Part shown: positions 6,980-15,338 of the stretch, one piece after another
How positions within the stretch are numbered: position 1 is the stretch's first letter
Layout of the letters: the number at the start of each line of letters is the position of its first letter
DNA from: an uncultured archaeon
GTDB lineage: Archaea > Iainarchaeota > Iainarchaeia > Iainarchaeales > CSSED10-239
Assembly: GCA_964591795.1 (NCBI GenBank)
Contig: CAZQEL010000016.1
Coordinates: 1-21,885, forward strand
Reading direction: 5' to 3'
Length of the DNA: 21,885 nt
Position numbers and translations under genes: made by a program
Notes under the pieces: model-generated
What the model saw: the letters and a program-made list of their open reading frames with translations, nothing else
Database searches by the model: none
Told to the model about the DNA's origin: nothing

Positions 6980-7549
6980 TTAAAGGTATCTTCCTCTTTT
7001 TTCGATAATTTCTATTTGGTTTACGATTTCTTTTTGGTTAGTTTTATTTAGATATCCTTTTTTGATTGGATTCCAAAAATCTTCTGTTTTTTTAAGAGAA
7101 AGCAGTGTTTTTTTTAAAACTAAAAGATCAGTTGCTTTGTTTTCTAATTTTAGTGAAACATATCCTAATCCAAAGTCTATAAAGTAGATTTTGCTATTAT
7201 AAGTTAGTATATTTATTAAATTTAAATCTCCATGTATTATATTATTATTATGTAGTTTTGCAATTTCGGATCCAATTTGTTCTAATTTATGTTTATGTTG
7301 TTTTGTGTCTTTAATATATTCCATTATAATTGTGTCTTCTGAAATATAATAAATATAAGGAGAATTTAATCCAATTTCTTTTATTTTTTTTAAAAGAAAA
7401 GCTTCTTCTTTATTTCTAGTTTTAATAATTTTTTTATCAAGTAGTTTATTTCTATATTCTTTTTTATTTCTTTTTTTAATACATACAATTTTAGTTAGTA
7501 TTTTTGTTTTATATAAACTTGCCTCTGCACCAATTGCTATTTGTTTCAT
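6980..7549 (-). CDS. bud32: Bud32/PRPK-type Kae1-associated kinase (KEOPS subunit).
   Basis: Short atypical kinase of 189 aa. Features are N-terminal IGAEASLY (G-A-E-A), catalytic HGDLNLINI, IDFGLG and the conserved C-terminal RGRY. Confidence 0.8.
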   Translation of the reverse strand: MKQIAIGAEASLYKTKILTKIVCIKKRNKKEYRNKLLDKKIIKTRNKEEAFLLKKIKEIGLNSPYIYYISEDTIIMEYIKDTKQHKHKLEQIGSEIAKLHNNNIIHGDLNLINILTYNSKIYFIDFGLGYVSLKLENKATDLLVLKKTLLSLKKTEDFWNPIKKGYLNKTNQKEIVNQIEIIEKRGRYL

Positions 7550-7564
7550 ATGTTAAATTTTTTT

Positions 7565-8065
7565 TTACTTACAAACATCTATTTGTGCAAGTTCAATTTT
7601 GTATTGAGAATATGTTTTTTTAAGATCTTTTAAATATAAGTTATAACTTTCAATATTTAATTTTATAAATTTTTTAGAATTTAACATTTGGAAATCATTA
7701 GTAAGTTTATTGATTGTAATGTTTGCTGCATTTATTTTTAATTTTAAATCTCTAGAAACACAATCTTCTCTTACTATGTTTGCTCTTTTAAGTAGTCTTT
7801 CAATTGTTGATACATCTTGAGTTAAATTTACAAATTCAATGAATTTAGTTGTAATTGTTTTTTCTGAAATTTTAAATAATTCTGTTGTGTAATCATTTGG
7901 ATTTGCAGGGACTAATATTTGCTTTGACAATCCATATTTATCATTTATTATAACTATTTTTTCAATATTGCTTTGTTTTATTTGGTTTAAAAATAAAAAT
8001 ACAAAGAAAACGATTACAATAATTATTAATAAATCACCTAAAAAACTAATTTTTCTTTTTTCCAT
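7565..8065 (-). CDS. Hypothetical N-terminally membrane-anchored protein.
   Basis: 166-aa ORF packed tightly between valS and bud32 (6-nt and 15-nt gaps). One N-terminal TM helix (LLIIIVIVFFVFLFL). No recognisable family. Confidence 0.6.
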   Translation of the reverse strand: MEKRKISFLGDLLIIIVIVFFVFLFLNQIKQSNIEKIVIINDKYGLSKQILVPANPNDYTTELFKISEKTITTKFIEFVNLTQDVSTIERLLKRANIVREDCVSRDLKLKINAANITINKLTNDFQMLNSKKFIKLNIESYNLYLKDLKKTYSQYKIELAQIDVCK

Positions 8066-8071
8066 TTATTA

Positions 8072-10510
8072 TCAAATTGTTATTTCTAATTTAATTCCTT
8101 CAAATTCATAATTAAACGATTTTAATTTTTCACTAGTTTCTATATTTTCTGAAATTGTTACTGCTTTTAAATCTGGCAAATACCCATCGTAATTTTTATT
8201 AGTTTCAACAACTATTTTTTTAATTTCTTGTTTAAGTGAAAAATTATTTCCGGATTTATAATTTCTAATTGCACTAATTATTTTTAAAATTTCTAAAGAT
8301 ATTTCACGTGTATCTTTTATATATTTATTAGTGTCAGTATATTTTAAAAGGTGAACTGATTTTACTTTTTCAAAATCAATAAAATATGAATTGTATAATT
8401 CTTCTGTTATAAATGGCATATATATAGAGTACATTTTAATAATTTCTATAAATGCTTTATATAATGTATATTGTGCTGATTTTTTATTTTTTTCCCCACG
8501 TCTGTCTGGATTATATAATCTATCTTTAACTATTTCAATATAGTAATCACATAGATCTTTCCAAAAGAAAGTATTTATTTCTTGTAGTGCTTTTGAATAT
8601 TCATATTTATCTAATTTTTTTTTCACTGATTCAATTGTTTCTGTAAGTCTGTTTAAGAGATAAATATCAATTTTTTGATTTTCATCTAAATCAATTTTGT
8701 TAGGTGTATAGTCTTTTAAATGAATTAATGCAAATTTAGTGGAGTTAAATAATTTTATCATTGTCTTTTGACCAACAATAACTTCTTTTTCTGGGTATGC
8801 TAAATCTTGCCCAGGTTTACATGTTCCTGCCATATATCTTAGAGCGTCAGCTCCATATTTTTCAAACACATCTGTTGGTTCAATTGCATTTCCTAATGAT
8901 TTACCCATTTTTCTTCCATCAGATGCAAGTATGAATCCATTAATGTATGCTAAATTCCATGGAGTTAAATTATAATGCATTTTAGATTTAACTAATGTGT
9001 TAAATAACCAAAATGAAATTATATCATGTCCCTGTGTTCTAAGATCCATTGGTTTGTCTTTTAATAGTTCGTAAGTTTTATGTCCTTTTAATTTTTCTTT
9101 AATTATTGTAGGTGTAAGTGCACTTGTTGTCCAAGTTGTCATAACATCTTTTTCTGGAACTATATTTTTTGAATTACATTTAGGACAACTAGTTACAGGT
9201 GGATTTTTTGTAAGTGGATCTATCGGTAAATCTTCTTCTTTTGCAAGTATTACTTCTCCACAATCTGAACAGAACCATAATGGGAATGGAATTCCAAAAT
9301 GTATTTGTCTTGAAATACACCAATCCCAATTAAGACCTTGTACCCAGTTTACATATCTGTGTTTATAAAACTCAGGAAACCAAGTAAATTCGTCAGCCCA
9401 AGATATCATTTTGTCTTTAATATCTAAATATTTTAAGAACCATTGTTTTGATTTAACAAATTCAATAGGTTTTTTACATCTTTCGTGACAGTTAACTGCA
9501 TGGTTAATTTTTTTTTGACCAATTAATAAATTATTTATTTTTAAATCTTCAATTATTTGTTTTCTGGCATCGATTGGTTTTAGTCCTTCATATTTTTCAG
9601 CCACATTAGTCATTAGTCCGTTTTTTGATATGGAGGCTTTTATTGGTAAATTATGTTTCTTTTGCCATTCAACATCAGTTGCGTCTCCAAAAGTACAACA
9701 CATAACAAGTCCTGTTCCTTTGTCGATTTCTGCTTTAGGATCTTCAATAATTGGTACTTTATAATTAAATAAAGGCACTGTTGCTATTTTCCCTTTAAGA
9801 TGTTTATATCTTTCATCATTTCCATTGTAAAATATTGCAACACATGAAGATAATAATTCTGGTCTTGTGGTTGAAATAATTAAATCTTCAGTTTTAGTTT
9901 TAAATATTATATCATTAAAAAAAGAAGGCATATCAATATCTTCTAAATCAACTTGAGCAACCGCAGTTTGGCAGTGAGTACACCACATAGTAGGAGCATC
10001 TTTTCTATATATTCTATTTTTATTATATAAATCTATAAATGATTTTTGTGAAATTCTTCTACAACTATCATCAATAGTTGTATAATAAAACGACCAATCA
10101 ATACTCATTCCTAGACTTTTAAAATTATCAATATAATTTGGTCTTAATTCTGTTTTTAATGTGTTAATACAAAGATCTACAAATTCTTCTCTTTCCATTT
10201 TTTGTGCTTTTACATTTTTTAATTTTTCAATAAGTTTTTGTGTTGGAAGACCATTATCATCAGTTCCAAAAGGATGTAGTACATTAAATCCTTTTTGTCT
10301 TTTATATCTTGCAAAAAAATCTAATTGAGCACCACTATAAGCGTGACCCATGTGTAATTTTCCTGAGATTGTTGGTGGTGGTGAATCAATAATGTATGTT
10401 GGAGTTATTATATCATCTTTATCAAAAGAATAAATTGATTCTTTATCCCAATATTCTTTCCACTTTTGTTCTGTTTCTTTATGATTGTATTTTTTTGGTA
10501 GTTCTTGCAT
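8072..10510 (-). CDS. valS: Valyl-tRNA synthetase (class Ia).
   Basis: Archaeal ValRS-style HIGH region IDSPPPTISGKLHMGHA, DWCISRQ followed by FGIPFPLWFC, and a KMSKS-type loop GRKMGKSLGN. Length 812 aa. Confidence 0.88.
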   Translation of the reverse strand: MQELPKKYNHKETEQKWKEYWDKESIYSFDKDDIITPTYIIDSPPPTISGKLHMGHAYSGAQLDFFARYKRQKGFNVLHPFGTDDNGLPTQKLIEKLKNVKAQKMEREEFVDLCINTLKTELRPNYIDNFKSLGMSIDWSFYYTTIDDSCRRISQKSFIDLYNKNRIYRKDAPTMWCTHCQTAVAQVDLEDIDMPSFFNDIIFKTKTEDLIISTTRPELLSSCVAIFYNGNDERYKHLKGKIATVPLFNYKVPIIEDPKAEIDKGTGLVMCCTFGDATDVEWQKKHNLPIKASISKNGLMTNVAEKYEGLKPIDARKQIIEDLKINNLLIGQKKINHAVNCHERCKKPIEFVKSKQWFLKYLDIKDKMISWADEFTWFPEFYKHRYVNWVQGLNWDWCISRQIHFGIPFPLWFCSDCGEVILAKEEDLPIDPLTKNPPVTSCPKCNSKNIVPEKDVMTTWTTSALTPTIIKEKLKGHKTYELLKDKPMDLRTQGHDIISFWLFNTLVKSKMHYNLTPWNLAYINGFILASDGRKMGKSLGNAIEPTDVFEKYGADALRYMAGTCKPGQDLAYPEKEVIVGQKTMIKLFNSTKFALIHLKDYTPNKIDLDENQKIDIYLLNRLTETIESVKKKLDKYEYSKALQEINTFFWKDLCDYYIEIVKDRLYNPDRRGEKNKKSAQYTLYKAFIEIIKMYSIYMPFITEELYNSYFIDFEKVKSVHLLKYTDTNKYIKDTREISLEILKIISAIRNYKSGNNFSLKQEIKKIVVETNKNYDGYLPDLKAVTISENIETSEKLKSFNYEFEGIKLEITI

Positions 10511-10582
10511 ATTTAATCTTTTTTTTAATTTAATATATATAATATACTAAATAACATTTAAATAATATATTTTTATTATTAT

Positions 10583-11206
10583 TTAACTATTTTTTTTAAT
10601 TATTTCAATAATTTTAGAATAGATTTCTTTTTTTATCTCTAATTCATTAAGTTGTTTTGTTAACTGTTCCATTTTCATATTGGATGTTTTAATTTTGAAT
10701 ACTTTTTTTCTTTCGCTATATTCTCCAATTTGACTATGTTTATACACTATTGAATTATTTATTGTTTCTTTTAGTTTTTTTCTGTAATCTGGATTAACTA
10801 AAAATGTTTCAAATAAATTTTTATATTCTGGATCTAATAAAATTTTGTCTGTAAGTTTAGTATCTATAATATCTTGTTTATATTCTTTATTTGTCATTTT
10901 TTTAATTTTATGTCTCCAAAAGTCTTTTTTAAAATAAATATTAACTGGAAACATTAGTCTATCTCTTTCTACTTTTAATTTTGTTTTTTTCCAATAATTA
11001 AATTGTTTTTTAACATCATTTATTTGTTTTATTGATTCGTTTTCTTTTTTTCGAATATCATCCATTTTTGGATAGGTTATTTTATTGTTAATTACATGCA
11101 TTACTTTCTTTTTAAAGAAAAAATCAATTTGTTTTTCTTCTTTTTCTGTAAGTTTTAAATCGAGTATTTTAATTAATTCTTGTGTATTTGAGATTGTTTT
11201 CTTCAT
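10583..11206 (-). CDS. Hypothetical Lys-rich, likely coiled-coil protein.
   Basis: 207-aa ORF with an ATG start on the same strand as valS. No motif recognised. Confidence 0.55.
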   Translation of the reverse strand: MKKTISNTQELIKILDLKLTEKEEKQIDFFFKKKVMHVINNKITYPKMDDIRKKENESIKQINDVKKQFNYWKKTKLKVERDRLMFPVNIYFKKDFWRHKIKKMTNKEYKQDIIDTKLTDKILLDPEYKNLFETFLVNPDYRKKLKETINNSIVYKHSQIGEYSERKKVFKIKTSNMKMEQLTKQLNELEIKKEIYSKIIEIIKKNS

Positions 11207-11353
11207 ATGGAGTCAAATTTATCTTTATCTTTATTTATTTGTAATATATATATGTTAGATTTATTTAAAGCTCTTTTGTTTTTGTTAAATGAAAAGCTTT
11301 ATTAATTTTTATAATTATAATTATATATCGTATAATAGAGGAGTTGTGATTTT

Positions 11354-11695
11354 ATGTTTCCAGGAATGAATGGTATTGATCCAAGAAAAATGCAAGCGCT
11401 TATGAAACAAATGGGTGTTCAAAATAATGAACTTGATGCTGAAAAAGTTACTATTGAACTTAAAAATGGTAAAATGATTATTGTTAAGTCTCCATCAGTA
11501 ACAGAAATAATTATGCAAGGTAACAAGAGTTTTCAAGTAGCAGGGGATGTATCCTATACAGAAGAACTTAAATTGTTAGAAGAAGATATTGTAATGGTTT
11601 CTGAATCTGCAAAAATTTCATTAGAACAAGCAAAGGGATTTTTAGAAAAAACAAAGGGTAATATTGCCGAAGCAATATCTTTAGCTCAGGAATAG
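11354..11695 (+). CDS. nac: Nascent polypeptide-associated complex protein (archaeal NAC with C-terminal UBA-like domain).
   Basis: MFPGMNGIDPRKMQALMKQMGV starts the protein, followed by the NAC beta-barrel region (VTIELKNGKMIIVKSPSVTEIIMQGNKSFQV). The C-terminal ISLEQAKGFLEKTKGNIAEAI is UBA-like. A GAGGAG purine tract lies about 10 nt upstream of the ATG. Confidence 0.85.
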   Translation: MFPGMNGIDPRKMQALMKQMGVQNNELDAEKVTIELKNGKMIIVKSPSVTEIIMQGNKSFQVAGDVSYTEELKLLEEDIVMVSESAKISLEQAKGFLEKTKGNIAEAISLAQE

Positions 11696-11701
11696 TTATA
11701 A

Positions 11702-12967
11702 CTATTCCACTGTTTTTTTACTTAAACTAATAAACACTATATCTTTTTTTGAAACATATGCTTGTGCTGTAAGATCAAAACTAGTTTTGTTTTCATCATC
11801 GGGATATGATAACCATACACCGTAATTTTGGTCTGCATAGTTGTAATTGTTTCCTTCAAGTTCAATAGTTGTTATATCAAACATTCCTTTTTTGTTTGTT
11901 TCAGACACAATTATATTTAATTCAGCTAATTTATTTAAAATATAATTTGTTGGAATTGTTTCTAATATAATATAATAGCTTACTTTAGGTTCTGTAAATA
12001 TATTTTCAATTGATATATTATTGTCTGCAAGAACAGAAAGTGCTTCTGTGTATTCTTCAAAATTAATATCTTCTTTTAAAGTTACATTTACTTGATTATC
12101 AATAATTTCAATTTTAGATATATTGTTATTATCTATACTATCGGAGTTAAAATCCATTAAATTTGCATCATTGTAAACTAATGTATTTTCTGTGTTTATT
12201 GTTATCTCTTTTTCAATATTTAAATCTGTTAATAATTGTTCTTTAGTTATTTGATTTTCAATAATACTTTCAGCTTTAATTAAATATTCTTCTTCCCAAT
12301 TAAATAAATCTAAAGTTACATCTCCAACAACCATTTTTGGATTTGCAGATATATTTGTTGCTTCGTAAAATATTAGTGATTCTGGTTTTTCACCTCTAAA
12401 TAATGCTTGTACTTGTCCAGAAACTTCATCATCTTTTTGTGTGCTTAGACCTACAATTGCTGAAACTCTTTGATCTATGAATTCATATTCAAGTGTTTTG
12501 TTTTCATCGGTTTCGCTAGTAAATAAAACTTTTTCATTTAAATCAATTGTTGCTTGTTTATAAAATTCAATTGGTTCTGATGTTAAGTAATCTAATTTAT
12601 TAATTGCAGAAACTATATTGTTTTGTTCTGTTTCATCAATTACTGCTCTTACTATTACAATTATGTTTTCATCTTGTAGTTTATTAAATTCAATTGTGGT
12701 TCTTTTAATTCCTTTTATTGTAATAAAATCTTGTTGTATTTGATTTGTATCAAAAAGAGTTGTTTTACTTGCAATAATTATTTCAGGGTATACTTGAGAA
12801 ATTATACTTTGTGCATTACCACTAAATCCTTCAGTTGGAATTTGTGCTATGTTTTGATCAGTATTATTTGATGTTGGACTTTCAGCTCTTGAACCTAATG
12901 CCATTCCAACTACAGATCCTAAAATTAATAATACTAAAATTAATGATAATATTGTTTCTTTGTTCAT
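11702..12967 (-). CDS. Hypothetical acidic extracytoplasmic protein with an N-terminal signal anchor.
   Basis: 421-aa ORF. N-terminal hydrophobic segment ILSLILVLLILGSVVGMALG, then a D/E/N-rich sequence with no recognised domain. Confidence 0.6.
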   Translation of the reverse strand: MNKETILSLILVLLILGSVVGMALGSRAESPTSNNTDQNIAQIPTEGFSGNAQSIISQVYPEIIIASKTTLFDTNQIQQDFITIKGIKRTTIEFNKLQDENIIVIVRAVIDETEQNNIVSAINKLDYLTSEPIEFYKQATIDLNEKVLFTSETDENKTLEYEFIDQRVSAIVGLSTQKDDEVSGQVQALFRGEKPESLIFYEATNISANPKMVVGDVTLDLFNWEEEYLIKAESIIENQITKEQLLTDLNIEKEITINTENTLVYNDANLMDFNSDSIDNNNISKIEIIDNQVNVTLKEDINFEEYTEALSVLADNNISIENIFTEPKVSYYIILETIPTNYILNKLAELNIIVSETNKKGMFDITTIELEGNNYNYADQNYGVWLSYPDDENKTSFDLTAQAYVSKKDIVFISLSKKTVE

Positions 12968-13082
12968 AATAAATTCACATTTTTATTTATTTAAAATAAG
13001 GTTTTTTTTTATTTATATATATTTATCTTTTAAAAGAATTTATAAGGGTTTCTTTTTATGTATTTCTAAATATATATTAATT

Positions 13083-14018
13083 ATGATCCATTTTAAATTA
13101 AAGAATGTGAGTATTAAACATAAAGGTGTGCTTGCACCTATGCAAGAGTACACTCATCTTCCATTTAGACTCTTATGTAATGAATACAAAGCAGGTTTAA
13201 CTTTTAGTGAAATGATTAGTATTCATCAAATTTTAAATTTTAAAGATGATTTATCTAAATTAGATAACTTATTTTCAATAGATAAAGAAGGTAAAACAGC
13301 CGTTCAATTATTTGGAAATTTTAGTGATAGAAAAAAAACATTAGAAGCAGTTCATATTTTAGATAAATATAAGTATTTTGATATAATTGATCTTAATTTT
13401 GGTTGTCCATCATTAAAAATAATAAACAGCAAGGGTGGATCTTTTAATTTGACTCAAATTAATAAAGTTATTCCAGTGATAGATGAATTAGTCAGTACAA
13501 CAGTAAAACCAATAACCATAAAAACAAGATTAGGCTTTTCTAAAAATGAAATTAATTTAATTTCATCTTCTTTGTTTAAAGCAGGAATTGCAGGAGTATC
13601 AATTCATGGTCGTTTAGCTAGTGAAAATTATAGTCATTCATCTAATGTCATGGCTGTAAGACAAATTAAAGAAATATCTCCAGTTCCAATTATTTATAAT
13701 GGAGATGTTACTAAAGATAATTTTAAACAATATCTAGATTTTGATGGTGTAATGGTTGGACGTGAATCTTTAGGGAATCCTTTTATTTTTAAACAAATTG
13801 ATTCTTTTGTAAATGATAGGGTTGTTTTAGAAAAAGAAAATAATAATAATGTTGTTTTAAGGTTTTTAGATTTAGTTAAGCAATACCCAATTAGTTTCGC
13901 TAAATTAAAAACTTCTTTAATTCCTTTTTTTAAGGATAAAGTAGGTTCTTCAAAAATTAGAAAAAAAATTTCTATTTCTAAAGATTTAGATGAAATCACA
14001 GAAATAGTAGATAAATAA
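13083..14018 (+). CDS. dus: tRNA-dihydrouridine synthase (Dus family, TIM-barrel flavoenzyme).
   Basis: Motifs are LAPMQEYTHLPFRLLC, DLNFGCPS, ITIKTRLG, SIHGRLASENYS, PIIYNGDV and DGVMVGRESLGNPFIF. Start set at ATG 13083 (MIHFKL...). The ORF-track extension back to 12960 is low-complexity promoter sequence overlapping the divergent gene. Confidence 0.85.
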   Translation: MIHFKLKNVSIKHKGVLAPMQEYTHLPFRLLCNEYKAGLTFSEMISIHQILNFKDDLSKLDNLFSIDKEGKTAVQLFGNFSDRKKTLEAVHILDKYKYFDIIDLNFGCPSLKIINSKGGSFNLTQINKVIPVIDELVSTTVKPITIKTRLGFSKNEINLISSSLFKAGIAGVSIHGRLASENYSHSSNVMAVRQIKEISPVPIIYNGDVTKDNFKQYLDFDGVMVGRESLGNPFIFKQIDSFVNDRVVLEKENNNNVVLRFLDLVKQYPISFAKLKTSLIPFFKDKVGSSKIRKKISISKDLDEITEIVDK

Positions 14019-14730
14019 GTAAACCAATAGTTATTAACCAAAGAATTATTTTATAGTTTTTAAAAATTTCTACAAATATAAATTTAATACCTTCAAAAAT
14101 ACCTGAAAAAAAACCACCTAAATAACTAGGTAATTTTTTATCTTCTTGAATGTCAGTAAATACTTCTTTAATAAGATCTAATTTTGATTTATTTTTCATT
14201 TTAATAATATCAAAATTATTTACCTTTCCAGTAACCGCATCTAATTTAAGTTTAAATTTATCTAATTGTACTTTCCAGTTAGGTACATATATTTCTTCAA
14301 TTCCACTTAAGGATATTTGATCTTCAGTTACGTTATGCTTGTACATTAAGTATTTATGTATGGTCTTTTCAGCTTCTTCTTTTATAACAATAGAAGTTTT
14401 AATATTAATTTGTATTTGTTCAGTTTTTGGTGCGTTTAATTTTTCTTTAATAATTGGTTTTGAAAATTTAAATATTTCAATAACTTTTTCATTTATTTGG
14501 TTATTGATTGCATTTAATGAGATTTGTTCAGAAATATGATTAAACTCATCATTTTTATTTATTAAAATATCGTAGAAACAGAACCAGTAAGGTGTAATAG
14601 TAAGATAAAGTTGATCTTTCTTTATCTCATATTTATAACCTTTTTTTTTAAGTGCAATTTGAATTATATTAACTGCGCTTTTAGGATCCAATTTTATTGG
14701 AAACCTTTTTTGCTTAATTTGAATTGCCAT
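13996..14730 (-). CDS. Hypothetical tail-anchored membrane protein, co-operonic with sepF.
   Basis: 244-aa ORF starting 10 nt after the sepF stop. Two hairpin-like motifs (LYLTITPYWFCFYDI and EIYVPNWKVQLDKFKLKLDAVTGKV). A single C-terminal TM (IILWLITIGLLIYLLFL). No family recognised. Confidence 0.6.
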   Translation of the reverse strand: MAIQIKQKRFPIKLDPKSAVNIIQIALKKKGYKYEIKKDQLYLTITPYWFCFYDILINKNDEFNHISEQISLNAINNQINEKVIEIFKFSKPIIKEKLNAPKTEQIQINIKTSIVIKEEAEKTIHKYLMYKHNVTEDQISLSGIEEIYVPNWKVQLDKFKLKLDAVTGKVNNFDIIKMKNKSKLDLIKEVFTDIQEDKKLPSYLGGFFSGIFEGIKFIFVEIFKNYKIILWLITIGLLIYLLFL

Positions 14731-14740
14731 TTAATTAATC

Positions 14741-15088
14741 TTATTTCATTTTTTTGATAATTTTTACTTTTGTAGGAACAAGTAATAATTTTGTTTTAGA
14801 AATCATTGCAAGATCTCCACCTTTATCTGTAAGGTACATTTTTAATTGTCCAACAAATTGTTTTGCCCTTTGTGGATTTCTTTTTGAGATTCCTTCAATA
14901 TCTAAAATAACTAAGTTTCTTTCATTAAGTTCTTTAATTGTTATTTCAACTTCTTGATTAGATTGTAAATTTATAGGTTTTACATAAAAATCTACATCTT
15001 CAGGCACATCCTCAACATCCATGTTGTTTAAGAATTCGTCCATGTCAATTTCTTCTTTTTTGTTAAACATTTTTTCTAAAAAGGCCAT
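14741..15088 (-). CDS. sepF: Cell division protein SepF homologue (DUF552).
   Basis: N-terminal amphipathic MAFLEKMF, an acidic linker, then the SepF core YVKPINLQSNQEVEITIKELNERNLVILDIEGISKRNPQRAKQFVGQLKMYLTDKGGDLAMISKTKLLLVP. I prefer ATG 15088, which has a GGGGTGGG tract just upstream. The ORF track uses GTG 15097. Confidence 0.7.
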   Translation of the reverse strand: MAFLEKMFNKKEEIDMDEFLNNMDVEDVPEDVDFYVKPINLQSNQEVEITIKELNERNLVILDIEGISKRNPQRAKQFVGQLKMYLTDKGGDLAMISKTKLLLVPTKVKIIKKMK

Positions 15089-15092
15089 TAAT

Positions 15093-15100
15093 CCCACCCC
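15093..15100 (-). promoter_or_regulatory. Shine-Dalgarno-like G-rich tract upstream of the sepF ATG.
   Basis: The minus strand reads ctGGGGTGGGattaATG. It contains the GGTG core of the archaeal SD (complementary to the 16S 3' end) 4-11 nt upstream of ATG 15088. It is the only GC-rich octamer in this AT-rich spacer. Confidence 0.35.
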
Positions 15101-15338
15101 AGTAATATTGAATATTAATTTATATAATAATTATGAACCAAAATATTTAAATACAAAATGTATTTTTATCTTATTTTTTAACATTTAGGGGTTGATTTAC
15201 TTAAATTTGACCTCTTAAATCACTAATTTTAAAATTACATCTTAATTAAACCCATTTTTTTATAATAATTAAGACAATTGGTGTTTTTTTATATAAAACA
15301 ACTCTCTTTTTATTATTTTTAGTTTAATATATAATTAT

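Noticed and set aside
11258-11296. 7-bp inverted repeat taaagct...agcttta upstream of nac.
   Set aside because: The stem is short and AT-rich with a ~21-nt loop. It lies in a divergent promoter spacer and is not distinguishable from chance.
12960-13082. N-terminal 41-codon extension of the dus ORF (MFIINSHFYLFKIRFFF...).
   Set aside because: It is low-complexity, overlaps the start of the divergent 11702-12967 gene and covers the likely shared promoter. Dus homology begins right after ATG 13083.
13694-14041. 115-aa minus-strand ORF.
   Set aside because: It is antisense to the conserved C-terminal half of dus and in a different frame from the better-supported 13996-14730 ORF.
14339-14957. 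Plus-strand ORFs 14339-14539 and 14754-14957.
   Set aside because: They are antisense to the tail-anchored ORF and to sepF respectively, and have no motifs.
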